Source: Galactobacter sp. (GTDB taxonomy: Bacteria > Actinomycetota > Actinomycetes > Actinomycetales > Micrococcaceae). From it: a stretch of 64,000 nt of DNA. Positions within the stretch are counted from its first letter, which is position 1. Each line of letters opens with the position of its first letter. Both the position numbers and the translations under genes were made by a program. Where the stretch lies: contig JBQDZM010000003.1 in the NCBI GenBank assembly GCA_052108535.1, forward strand, positions 614-64,613, given 5' to 3'. Positions 9,979 to 19,044 of the stretch are shown here, piece after piece. The notes below the pieces were generated by a model. That model was not told where the DNA came from. It did no database searches and worked only from the letters and a program-made list of their open reading frames with translations.

Positions 9979-10914
9979 ATGATCTATTCCTTGCTCAACG
10001 CCGCGGGAACTGTTGCCTATGCCGCGCTCGTCACGGTGGTGGCTGGAATGTTGCTGTGGTGGCTGACGCGGCGGCGGGTCGCCCCGGTCCACGCCTGGCC
10101 GCTGGGGCTGGCGCTGTGTTGGGGAGTCGAGCTGTGGCAGCTCACCGCTGTTCCGGCCAGGCCGTCCTCGGCCTGGATCGGCTTCCGGCTCACGCTTGGG
10201 ACAAGTTTCGACTGGTGGGATATGGCCTTCTACCCCGCCGGCGTGGGAGTCGCGGTGCTTGCCCTGCTGCTGGCCCGGCGGCTGACACCGGTACGGCGGG
10301 CGCGGCTGGCCCGACCCGGCGACATCGATGACAAGGACGCACCCACCGTTTTCCCTTGGGTTCCCGTGATCGGGCACATCCTCATCTCCATGGCTGCGCT
10401 GCCCTACCTTGCCGGGGCCGCGCGCTGGTTGTTTGATTTCGGGTGGCTCTTCTTCGGCTTCGTGGCGGTCGGTGCCTGTATGCATCTCGTCGTTTTGGTG
10501 TTGCTGATGGGTTCCCCGCGTCGTGCGGGGGCATGGGGCCGGGCCGCAGTGCTCGTGCTGCTGAACGCAGTCGTGCTATTGATTCTGTCCGGTCTCGGAT
10601 TCGTCCTGGCAGTGGGCGTTGAATACCTGCGCTTGTTTACCTTTTCCCCCGTCTTTTTCGTCGTAGAACTCCTGGTGCTCGGCGCCGTCGCGTTTGGCGC
10701 CAGATCCCTGATTCAGCGCCGTCCTGCCGTTTCGCATGCGGGACGGCGGGGACTGGCGATGAGCTCGCTGGTGTTGCCGCTGGTCGCCGTGATCGTCTGG
10801 GGCATGCTCGCAGCCCCTGTCCCGCAGCGGAACGTGAGCGGCTACGGCGACCCCGCGCCGTCGGACACTCCCGTCCTTCCCACGCTGGGACCGACCACCA
10901 CGCCACGGACGTAG
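9979..10914 (+). CDS. Membrane protein with an N-terminal DUF2809-like segment
   Basis: VELWQLT...LTLGTSFDWWDMAFY resembles DUF2809; several hydrophobic helices. Start uncertain (ORF track 9847). Confidence 0.6.
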   Translation: MIYSLLNAAGTVAYAALVTVVAGMLLWWLTRRRVAPVHAWPLGLALCWGVELWQLTAVPARPSSAWIGFRLTLGTSFDWWDMAFYPAGVGVAVLALLLARRLTPVRRARLARPGDIDDKDAPTVFPWVPVIGHILISMAALPYLAGAARWLFDFGWLFFGFVAVGACMHLVVLVLLMGSPRRAGAWGRAAVLVLLNAVVLLILSGLGFVLAVGVEYLRLFTFSPVFFVVELLVLGAVAFGARSLIQRRPAVSHAGRRGLAMSSLVLPLVAVIVWGMLAAPVPQRNVSGYGDPAPSDTPVLPTLGPTTTPRT

Positions 10915-11062
10915 ACCAATCCCTGACCATCCAGCTGAATGGCGACACCGCCGACGTCGAACTCAGGGCCACCGACAACAGCGACGGGACCCACCCCTTC
11001 GACCTGATCGACGGCGGCTATCTGGGTGTCACCACGTGGACGCCCGCGCCATAATGGGAACT

Positions 11063-13225
11063 ATGACCCTTCCCCCGGTTGCCCCCAAACGTCCCATCAC
11101 CACCACCCACCACGGGGTGACCCGCACCGACCCGTGGGAATGGCTGAGGGACAAGGACTCCGAGGAGGTTCTGGCGCACCTTCGTGCGGAGGACGCCTAC
11201 GCCGCGGCGATCACTGAAGACCAGCAGCCCTTGCGGGACGCGATCTTCGGCGAGATCAAGTCCCGCACCGTGGAGACCGACCTCTCCGTCCCCACCCGGG
11301 AACGCGGCTGGTGGTACTACGCGCGCACCGAGCAGGGAAAGCAATACCCCATCCATGCCCGCGTGGCTGCCCAGGACACCGGGGACGCGTCAGCGGACTG
11401 GACACCGCCCACGCTGGTGCCGGGCGAGCCTGTCCCCGGCGAACAGATCCTGCTGGATGGCAACGATGAGGCCGAGGGCAAGCCCTTCTTCTCCCTGGGC
11501 GGACTGAGCGTCTCCCTCGACGGACGCCTCATGGCTTACGCCGTGGACAACGCCGGCGACGAGCGTTTCACGCTGCGGATCCGCGACCTGGTGTCCGGGG
11601 CGGACTTGGACGACGTGATCGAGGGGACCTTCTACGACCCGGTCTTCACGCCGGACGGCACCCGCGTGGTCTACACGACGGTGGACGAGACCTGGCGTCC
11701 GGATCGCCTGCACGTTCACACTCTTGGCACGCCGGTGGAGCAGGACCAGGTGCTCTTCACCGAATCCGACGCCGGCCTGTGGCTGAGCGCGAGCACGTCC
11801 CCCGATGACCAGGACCTGATGATCAATGCGTCCAACGCCGAGTGGGGTGAGACCTGGATTTGGCCGGGGATGCGGGCCGGAACCGATCCGGTGAAGGTGG
11901 TCTCCCGCGAGCTGCGGACCCTGCACCAGGTGGTGTCCGTGGAGGTGGACGGCGAGCGCAAACTGCTGGTGCTGCACGATCTCGATGCACCGAACGGTCG
12001 GCTTTCGCTGGCTGCTGCGGGCGGCGGCGATCCGACGGGTTGGGTTTCCGTGATCGGACGGTCGGAGGAGACCAAGCTGGACGGCATCACGGCGAATGCG
12101 ACGCACGCTTTCGTCGCCGTGCGTGAGGACACCGTGCCGCGCGTATGGACCCTGCCCTTGACCGGGTTGGGCACCGCGTCGCAGGCGCCGGTAACGGCGC
12201 CCTTGGCAGGGGATCCAAGGCCCGACGTCGGGGCCGCCGGAGCGTCCGCCGGTTCCGTCCCGCTGAGCGTGGGCCTGGTCTCCGCGCCCTTCGAGTCGCC
12301 GAACGTGCGGCTGTCCCGGGCAGGGGACCTGCTGCCCACGGAGATCCACGAGGTGGTGCTGGCCACCGGTGAAGACCGGCTGCTGAAGCAGACCCCCGTG
12401 CGTGACGTGGACTTGAGCCGCTACCGGGTGACGCGGGAATGGGCCACAGCAACGGACGGGACCCAGATCCCCCTGACCGTGATGCGCAGGGCGGACGTGG
12501 AGGCTAACGGAACCGCGCCGCTGGTGGTGTACGGGTACGGCTCCTACGAGGCCAGCATGGATCCCGGCTTCGGTGTCCCCCGGTTGTCCCTGTTGGATCG
12601 TGGCGTGGTCTTCGCCGTGGCCCACATCAGGGGCGGCGGTGAGCGCGGGCGGAACTGGTACCTGGACGGCAAGAAGCTGAAGAAGAAGAACACGTTCACC
12701 GACTTCGTGGATGCCACTCGCTGGCTGCTCGACGCCGGCTGGGGCGATCCCGCACGCGTGGCCGCCATGGGCGGTTCCGCTGGCGGATTGCTGATGGGTG
12801 CCGTGGCCAATCTGGCGCCGGAACTCTACAAGGCGATCCTGGCGCAGGTCCCGTTCGTGGACGCCCTGACCTCCATCCTGGACCCGGACCTTCCCCTGTC
12901 CGCGTTGGAATGGGAGGAGTGGGGCAATCCCATCGAAGACGCCGAGGTGTTCGAGTACATGCGCTCCTACTCCCCCTATGAGAACGTCACGGCTCGGAAC
13001 TACCCGCTGATCGCCGCCCGGACCTCCCTGAACGACACCAGGGTGCTCTACGTTGAACCGGCCAAATGGGTACAGGCGCTGCGTGAGCAGACCACGTCCG
13101 CGAATCCGGTGGTGATGACCATCGAGATGGAGGGCGGCCACGGCGGAGCGTCGGGCCGCTACGAGGGCTGGAAGGACCGGGCCTGGGACTACGCCTGGTT
13201 GCTCTCGGCACTCGGTGCCGCCTGA
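11063..13225 (+). CDS. ptrB: Oligopeptidase B (protease II, S9A)
   Basis: DPWEWLRD N-terminus, GGSAGGLL catalytic Ser, SLNDTRV Asp, GGHGG His; CATAAT -10 hexamer 7 nt before ATG 11063. Confidence 0.93.
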   Translation: MTLPPVAPKRPITTTHHGVTRTDPWEWLRDKDSEEVLAHLRAEDAYAAAITEDQQPLRDAIFGEIKSRTVETDLSVPTRERGWWYYARTEQGKQYPIHARVAAQDTGDASADWTPPTLVPGEPVPGEQILLDGNDEAEGKPFFSLGGLSVSLDGRLMAYAVDNAGDERFTLRIRDLVSGADLDDVIEGTFYDPVFTPDGTRVVYTTVDETWRPDRLHVHTLGTPVEQDQVLFTESDAGLWLSASTSPDDQDLMINASNAEWGETWIWPGMRAGTDPVKVVSRELRTLHQVVSVEVDGERKLLVLHDLDAPNGRLSLAAAGGGDPTGWVSVIGRSEETKLDGITANATHAFVAVREDTVPRVWTLPLTGLGTASQAPVTAPLAGDPRPDVGAAGASAGSVPLSVGLVSAPFESPNVRLSRAGDLLPTEIHEVVLATGEDRLLKQTPVRDVDLSRYRVTREWATATDGTQIPLTVMRRADVEANGTAPLVVYGYGSYEASMDPGFGVPRLSLLDRGVVFAVAHIRGGGERGRNWYLDGKKLKKKNTFTDFVDATRWLLDAGWGDPARVAAMGGSAGGLLMGAVANLAPELYKAILAQVPFVDALTSILDPDLPLSALEWEEWGNPIEDAEVFEYMRSYSPYENVTARNYPLIAARTSLNDTRVLYVEPAKWVQALREQTTSANPVVMTIEMEGGHGGASGRYEGWKDRAWDYAWLLSALGAA

Positions 13226-13353
13226 GTTCCCCACCGCCGGTAGACTGGTCTGTTGGTTCGGGACCTTCCTGAGCTTCATTTGATCTGCCACGCAAGCACG
13301 CCCGCACTGTCCCCACGTTGACGGGCTGCTGATGAAGAGGGTGCACCACCAGC

Positions 13354-14208
13354 TTGAACGACCTGATCCAGAACATCACCGGGTTCGCGGCCGGAGACTT
13401 CCGCGCCACAGCGCAGCTGCTGACCTTGGCCTCGTTCCTGCTCATCAGTGTGGGACTCGTCTTCCTGGCCCGTCGCAACGACCTGGGCTGGTGGGTCGTC
13501 ATGCTCGGGTACTTCGCCGGTCCCATCGCGCTGTCCCTGTATCCGGGGCAGTCGGACCTGTGGACCTTGCTCGGCGCGTTCCCGCTCTTCGCCTGTGCCG
13601 CCGTGGGCATGTTCGGTTTCAGTCGTTCGGAGTTGGCTGGGCGCTTCACCAGGCGCGTGCAGGATCAACGCTTCTCCGTGGTCGCCGTCATCGCGCTGCT
13701 GGTCCTCGCTTTCGTCCTGGCCCTGCTGCAATTCGGTCAGCTGCTGACCTCACCCAAGCTCCTCTTCTCCGAGAACATGCTCGTGTGGTGGCTCAATAAC
13801 GCCTTCACCGCTCTCATCGCCGCCGGCTTCGTGGGGATCGGCTTCGGGGGGCGCTGGGCCTGGTTCTTCCCCGCCCTCGGCGCCACGGGGCTGGCCGTCT
13901 ACACGGCCACGCACCCGGCAGAACGGCCGGACGTCGGACTGTTCGTCTACCTCTTCGCCTACGTCGTGGTGCTGCTCACGTCGCTCTACGGCTTCTTTGC
14001 CTGGCGTACCCCAGTTCCCGCCGCGGCGTCCGTTCCCACCACGGAGTCCGACGACGACGAGTCCGCGATTCCCGCTGATGACGCGGCCTCGGCCGCGGCC
14101 CTCGACGCGCCCCAGGAGGGTGATGGTGGCGCGGAGGCCGCGCCGTCGGGCATAGAACACGACGCAGGCACCGGCGTCACAGAAGCCCCATCCAACGGAA
14201 CGAACTGA
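13354..14208 (+). CDS. Multi-pass membrane protein with weak PnuC-like resemblance and an acidic tail
   Basis: About 7 hydrophobic segments; LVFLARRNDLGWWVVMLG resembles the PnuC first repeat; TTG start. Confidence 0.55.
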   Translation: MNDLIQNITGFAAGDFRATAQLLTLASFLLISVGLVFLARRNDLGWWVVMLGYFAGPIALSLYPGQSDLWTLLGAFPLFACAAVGMFGFSRSELAGRFTRRVQDQRFSVVAVIALLVLAFVLALLQFGQLLTSPKLLFSENMLVWWLNNAFTALIAAGFVGIGFGGRWAWFFPALGATGLAVYTATHPAERPDVGLFVYLFAYVVVLLTSLYGFFAWRTPVPAAASVPTTESDDDESAIPADDAASAAALDAPQEGDGGAEAAPSGIEHDAGTGVTEAPSNGTN

Positions 14209-14316
14209 GTTCAGCGGACCTCCACCGGTTACCGTGGTGCACACCGTCCCATGCCTGCAGCCGCACGACCGGCGCGCGGGACGGCACCACTGGAACCGCA
14301 TTCCTTCGGAGGAACA

Positions 14317-15993
14317 ATGACGTCCCTTGACAGCGCCAACACGCCGCAGAAGTCGGCAGCCGAGTCCCGCTCAGCCGGACACCTGATCGTCGATTCCCTG
14401 GTGGCCCACGGCGTCGAGCGCGCCTACGTGGTCCCCGGCGAGAGCTACCTGGACGTCCTCGACGGCCTGCACAACTCCTCGGTGGAGACCGTGGTCTGCC
14501 GCCACGAGGGCGGCGCCGCCTACATGGCCGAGGCCGAAGGCAAGCTCAACCAGCTCCCCGGTATCGCCATGGTCACCCGCGGTCCCGGCGCCGCGAACGC
14601 CCACGTCGGCCTGCACACCGCCTGGCAGGACTCCACCCCCATGGTCCTGTTCGTGGGCCTCATCCCCTTTGAACACCGCGACCGCGAAGCCTTCCAGGAG
14701 TTCGAACCCAAGGCCTGGTTCGAGTCAGGCGCCAAGCGCGTCATGGTCCTGGACCACCCCGAACGAGCCTCCGAGATCGTCGCAGAGGCCATGTTCGCCG
14801 CCATGTCCGGCCGCCCCGGCCCCGTGGTCATCGGCCTGCCAGAAGATGTGCTGCGCGAGCAGGTCCACGCGCCCATCCACCCCGTCATCCCCGTGGCCAC
14901 CGGCGGCATGACCGTCACCGACTGGAAGTCCCTGAAGGCCGCGCTGGAGGAAGCGGAGCGCCCGCTGTTCGTCTTTGGCGGCAACGACTGGTCAACCGAA
15001 GGCGCAGAAACCTTCACCCGCTGGCTCGAGGAACACCACATCGCCGCCGCCGCCGAATGGCGTTGCGAGGGCCTGGTCCCGTTCTCCTCACCGTCCTACG
15101 TTGGGCCCATCGGCTACGGACGCCCCAAGCCCACATACGACCTGCTAGAGGAGACCGACCTCATGGTCTTCGTCGGCACCGTCCCCGGCGACGTCATCAC
15201 CAACGGCTTCGACATCCGCCAGAACTGGGACCAAAAGAACTTCATCGTCACCATGGACCCGTCCCTGCGCGGACGCTCCGGCCCCGTAACCCACCAGATC
15301 GTGTCCAAGCCCGACACCTTCGTCCGCGACCTGATCCTGATGGACCTTCCCGTGAAGCCGGAATGGACCGCGTTCACCGAACGGATGCGGGCCGAGCAGG
15401 AGGCCTTCGCCGCGCCCCAGGAGGCCCGGACGGACAACGGGCCGGCCACCATGGACGCCATGATGGCCCACCTGGTTGGCTCCTTGCCCGCCGACTCGAT
15501 GGTCACCTTCGGCGCCGGCGAGCACACCAACTGGGCCCACCGCTACTTCCCCACCGAGTTCTACGGATCCATGGTCTCCACCCGCAACGGATCCATGGGG
15601 TACTCCGTGCCCTCCGGCGTCGCGGCCTCCCTGAACCACCCAGAGCGATTGGTCGTGACGGTGGCAGGCGACGGCGAGTTCCTCATGAACGGCCAAGAGC
15701 TCGCCACCGCGGCCCAGTACGGCGCCACTCCCCTGGTCATCGTGATGGACAACCAGGAGTACGGCACCATCCGTACCCACCAAGAGCGCTCCTACCCCGA
15801 CCGCATCTCAGGCACGCAGTTGAAGAACCCCGACTTCGCGCTCATGGCCCAGGCCTTTGGCGGTTACGGCGTCCGCGTCGAGACGAATGACCAGATCGCC
15901 GACGCCTTGGCTGAATCGCTGCGGGTCATCCGTGAGGAGGGACGCTTCGCGCTGATCCACCTCGTGGTGCAGCAGCGCGCCAAGGCGTACTGA
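14317..15993 (+). CDS. Thiamine-diphosphate-dependent enzyme, acetolactate synthase large-subunit family
   Basis: VPGESYL, CRHEGGAAYMAEA, TRGPGAAN, GDGEFLMNGQELATA...DNQEYG ThDP motif; GGAGG RBS before ATG 14317. Confidence 0.9.
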   Translation: MTSLDSANTPQKSAAESRSAGHLIVDSLVAHGVERAYVVPGESYLDVLDGLHNSSVETVVCRHEGGAAYMAEAEGKLNQLPGIAMVTRGPGAANAHVGLHTAWQDSTPMVLFVGLIPFEHRDREAFQEFEPKAWFESGAKRVMVLDHPERASEIVAEAMFAAMSGRPGPVVIGLPEDVLREQVHAPIHPVIPVATGGMTVTDWKSLKAALEEAERPLFVFGGNDWSTEGAETFTRWLEEHHIAAAAEWRCEGLVPFSSPSYVGPIGYGRPKPTYDLLEETDLMVFVGTVPGDVITNGFDIRQNWDQKNFIVTMDPSLRGRSGPVTHQIVSKPDTFVRDLILMDLPVKPEWTAFTERMRAEQEAFAAPQEARTDNGPATMDAMMAHLVGSLPADSMVTFGAGEHTNWAHRYFPTEFYGSMVSTRNGSMGYSVPSGVAASLNHPERLVVTVAGDGEFLMNGQELATAAQYGATPLVIVMDNQEYGTIRTHQERSYPDRISGTQLKNPDFALMAQAFGGYGVRVETNDQIADALAESLRVIREEGRFALIHLVVQQRAKAY

Positions 15994-16008
15994 GCTTCTT
16001 CGGTTCAC

Positions 16009-16110
16009 GTTTCTGCCCCCGTTCTCGGATTTTCCCCCGTTCTCGTTTCTGCCCTCGTTTTCGGATTTGCATCGCCGCCTCGGCGCCGCAGATCCGAAAA
16101 CGGGGGCAGA
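16009..16110. repeat. Degenerate 18/36-bp tandem repeat with an inverted copy (REP-like)
   Basis: gtttctgcccccgttctcggattt at 16009 and gtttctgccctcgttttcggattt at 16045; inverted copy atccgaaaacgggggcaga at 16092-16110. Confidence 0.7.
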
Positions 16111-16235
16111 TCCAGTTGTGCGGCACCTCAAAGTGCCACGCGAACACGGCGGGAGGAAGTGGCAGGTGAAACAATGGCGTGGTGCCCGCTCATCAGATCG
16201 GGCCCCAAACACACCAGCAGGAGGAAGACCACACC

Positions 16236-17015
16236 GTGATCGAGTTGAAGTCAGCAGCAGAGGTCGAGGCCATGCGCCCCGCGGGTGCTTTCGTGGCGTC
16301 CGTCTTGACGGCACTGAAAGCTAAAGCCGACGTCGGTGTGAACTTGCTGGAACTCGACCGGCTGGCCGCAACCATGATTCGCGAGGCCGGCGCACAGTCC
16401 TGCTACGTGGACTACGCGCCTTCCTTCGGTTCCGGGCCGTTCGGGTACTCCCTGTGCACCTCCGTGAATGACGCCGTGCTGCACGGCAAGCCCCACTCCT
16501 ACGTGCTGAAGGCCGGCGACGTGCTCAGCGTGGACTTCGCCGCTTCCCTGCACGGTTGGGTCGCGGATTCGGCGCTGTCCGTGGTGGTTGGCTCACCCGA
16601 CGGCTCCGCGAACCCGGAGGGCCAGCGGGTCATCGACGCCACGGAGCAAGCGTTGGAGGCCGGGATCTCCGAGGCCCGCGTCGGGAACAAGATCGGCGAT
16701 ATCTCCCACGCCATCGGTGAGGTGGGCCGATCGCTCGGTTTCAAGATCAACACTCAGTTCGGCGGCCACGGCGTGGGCCACACCATGCACGAGGAACCGC
16801 ACATCGCCAACGACGGCAAGGCCCGCCGCGGCTACAAGCTGGTCCCGGGCATGGTCTTCGCGATCGAGCCCTGGTTCATGGCAGGCACGGACAAGCTGCG
16901 CACCGGCGAGGACGGCTGGACGCTGCTCTCCGCCGACGGTTCGATCACCGCCCATTCCGAACACACGGTGGCCATCACCGAGGACGGTCCGCTGATCCTC
17001 ACCGCTCGTTCCTGA
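16236..17015 (+). CDS. map: Methionine aminopeptidase type I
   Basis: CTSVNDAVLHG, D...D metal ligands, GHGVGHTMHEEP, AIEPW, AHSEHTVAIT; AGGAGG RBS, GTG at 16236. Confidence 0.93.
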   Translation: MIELKSAAEVEAMRPAGAFVASVLTALKAKADVGVNLLELDRLAATMIREAGAQSCYVDYAPSFGSGPFGYSLCTSVNDAVLHGKPHSYVLKAGDVLSVDFAASLHGWVADSALSVVVGSPDGSANPEGQRVIDATEQALEAGISEARVGNKIGDISHAIGEVGRSLGFKINTQFGGHGVGHTMHEEPHIANDGKARRGYKLVPGMVFAIEPWFMAGTDKLRTGEDGWTLLSADGSITAHSEHTVAITEDGPLILTARS

Positions 17016-17136
17016 CATATCCCGAGGTTTCTTATGCCCGACGGCACCCCTCACCATCCGCTCGAATCTGACCTGCCGCGGGCCGTCGGGGCTTCGAGCC
17101 ATCGGGCCGCCCCGGACCGTCGAACATTCCCTTCCC

Positions 17137-17234
17137 CCTCCGTTAGACAATCAAGCGGTGTTTTGGACAGGTTTCTGTCCAACGGCCGTTGGACGAAAAC
17201 CTGTCCAAACGAGCGCTCAAATGTCTAACGGAGG
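17137..17234. repeat. 98-bp imperfect palindromic element, copy 1
   Basis: Outer arms cctccgttagaca/tgtctaacggagg, inner arms tttggacaggttt/aaacctgtccaaa, perfect 18-bp centre gtccaacggccgttggac. Confidence 0.92.
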
Positions 17235-17268
17235 TTGAAGGGGAGTTGGGAGTTGGGGATCGGCAGGC

Positions 17269-17337
17269 TCAGAGGGCGGCGAGGACCGACTTGTGGCGGT
17301 CCAGCTCGTCAGCAGTGAGAGTGGCCATGCGCGCCCG
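17269..17337 (-). pseudogene. Relic 3' end (22 codons) of a DapA-family gene, diverged copy of 18100-18168
   Basis: Encodes RARMATLTADELDRHKSVLAAL-TGA versus RAPMATLTADELDRLKSVLAAL-TAA in the intact gene. Confidence 0.88.
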
Positions 17338-17817
17338 CCCATCTGGTCGGAGCGAGCCTCCAGGAGAGCCGATCGCTGGAGCGTGAGCTTCGCCGTGCGG
17401 CGCGTCGACGCCTCCGAGGAGGCGTGGTGGGAGGCCCCCGTCGTGGGTCGACAGGACCTATTGACGCATGAGTTCCCGCTGCTGCGCTCCGCGGGCACCG
17501 CCTCGTGGCTCACCATGTCCCAGCAGGGTCAAGGCCTGGGCGCGGAGATGCGCCAGGCCGTGGTGCTGTGGGCCCTGGACCACCTCGGCGCAACGGAGAT
17601 CGCCTCCGGCGCCTACGACTGGAACGCGAAGTCGCTCGGAACCTCCCGTTCAGTGGGCTACATCGACAACGGCACCCGCCGGGTCACCGTCGACGGCCGG
17701 CCCGAGGTGGAGCGCTTGGTCCGCCTCACTCGTGAAACCCACCGTCGCCCGTCCTGGTCGCTAACGGTGCAGGGGGACATGGTCGCCATCCGCGCGGAAC
17801 TCGGAATCCCCTCGTAG
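17338..17817 (+). pseudogene. 5'-truncated RimJ/RimL-type GNAT acetyltransferase (Rv0802c-like)
   Basis: WSERASRRADRWSVSFAV...GTASWLTMSQQGQGLGAEMRQAVVLWALDHLGA...WNAKSLGTSRSVGY; the N-terminal region is replaced by the antisense of the dapA relic. Confidence 0.7.
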
Positions 17818-17930
17818 TCCTTCACCGCCGTATCCACCGGTGCCGGCCTGGAACGTGTCGCAGTACTCCGGATCGTCTCGGTGGAGCGCGGGCGGCGATA
17901 GCCGCCCCGGACCGTCGGGCATTCCCCTCC

Positions 17931-18028
17931 CCTCCGTTAGACAATCAAGCGGTGTTTCGGACAGGTTTTTGTCCAACGGCCGTTGGACGAAAACCTGTCC
18001 AAACGAGCGCTCAAATGTCTAACGGAGG
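17931..18028. repeat. 98-bp imperfect palindromic element, copy 2 (direct repeat of 17137-17234)
   Basis: Same arms and centre, offset 794 bp, only a few substitutions; the upstream gccgccccggaccgtcg is also shared. Confidence 0.92.
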
Positions 18029-18099
18029 TTGAAGGGGCGGAAGGGTGAAGGGTGTGGGAGATGAGGAATGGGGGATGGGGAATAGGGTGGGCGGCGGGG

Positions 18100-18978
18100 T
18101 TAGAGGGCGGCGAGGACCGACTTGAGGCGATCCAGCTCATCTGCAGTGAGAGTGGCCATGGGCGCCCGCGGCACACCGACCTCCAGCCCCTGCAAGCCCA
18201 GGCCAGCCTTGACCGCGGGGATGAACGGCAGCGTGATCAAGGCGTCGATCACCGGGTACAACGCGTCCCAGGCCTGCCGGGCACCGGCCAGGTCCCCCGC
18301 CTTGACCTGAGAAACCACGTCCACGATCTCATTGGGCACCACGTTCCCGGTACCGGCCATGACGCCTGCGGCACCTTCCACCAGGGCGGAGTAGAGGTAC
18401 GGATCCCAACCGATGAACGTGCCGATCACGTCGGAGTGGTGGTGGATCAGCTGCAGGGCCTGTTCCCAGTTGGCCGAAGAATCCTTGATGTAGCGAACGT
18501 TCTCGTGACGCTCCGCCAGTCCCCGGACGGTGTCGGGATCAAGGTTCACGCCGGTGGCTCCGGGGATGTTGTACAGCATCACATCCGCGCTCACGGCGCT
18601 GGCCACGGCGTCGAGGTAGGCCACTGTCTCGTCCAAGGTCATGGGTTCGTAGTACGGCGTGACGAGCATGAGCACGTCCGCTCCGGCGGCCTCTGCGGCT
18701 TTGGACAGGCGAATGGCCTCCGCTGTGGAGGTCGCTCCGGTCTGGGCGATCACGGGGACACGACCGGCCGCCGCAGCGACAACGGTGGAGACCACGGCCT
18801 CACGCTCCGTGGAGGTCAGAGCACCGACCTCGCCAGTGGAGCCGCAGGCCACCACACCGTCCACACCGGCGGCGATGGAACGTTCCACCACCGCGGCCAA
18901 GGTTTCATGGTCCACACTCCCATCAGCGGAGAACGGGGTGACCAGGGCGGTGAGAACACCGGATAGCTGCTGTGACAT
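18100..18978 (-). CDS. Dihydrodipicolinate synthase (DapA/NAL) family aldolase
   Basis: ALVTPF, CGSTGE, TPYY, LYNIPGATG, YIKDSS Schiff-base Lys. Confidence 0.9.
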   Translation of the reverse strand: MSQQLSGVLTALVTPFSADGSVDHETLAAVVERSIAAGVDGVVACGSTGEVGALTSTEREAVVSTVVAAAAGRVPVIAQTGATSTAEAIRLSKAAEAAGADVLMLVTPYYEPMTLDETVAYLDAVASAVSADVMLYNIPGATGVNLDPDTVRGLAERHENVRYIKDSSANWEQALQLIHHHSDVIGTFIGWDPYLYSALVEGAAGVMAGTGNVVPNEIVDVVSQVKAGDLAGARQAWDALYPVIDALITLPFIPAVKAGLGLQGLEVGVPRAPMATLTADELDRLKSVLAAL

Positions 18979-19044
18979 CGAAGGATGATCCTGTCTGTGA
19001 AGTGGAACGAGAAACGTGGAAGATGAAGGAGTCTGAACGCGGGG

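Noticed and set aside
13226-13250. ttccccaccgccggta resembling part of an FMN riboswitch before the PnuC-like gene
   Set aside because: The other conserved FMN aptamer blocks are missing.
11390-13291. 633-aa minus-strand ORF
   Set aside because: Antisense shadow of ptrB; no motifs; expected from high-GC codon bias.
17137-18028. Repeat-spacer-repeat layout as a CRISPR array or integron
   Set aside because: Units are 98 bp with a roughly 700-bp spacer, only two full copies, and no cas or integron integrase gene.
18100-18978. Calling the gene dapA (lysine biosynthesis)
   Set aside because: Accessory catabolic context; family-level call only.
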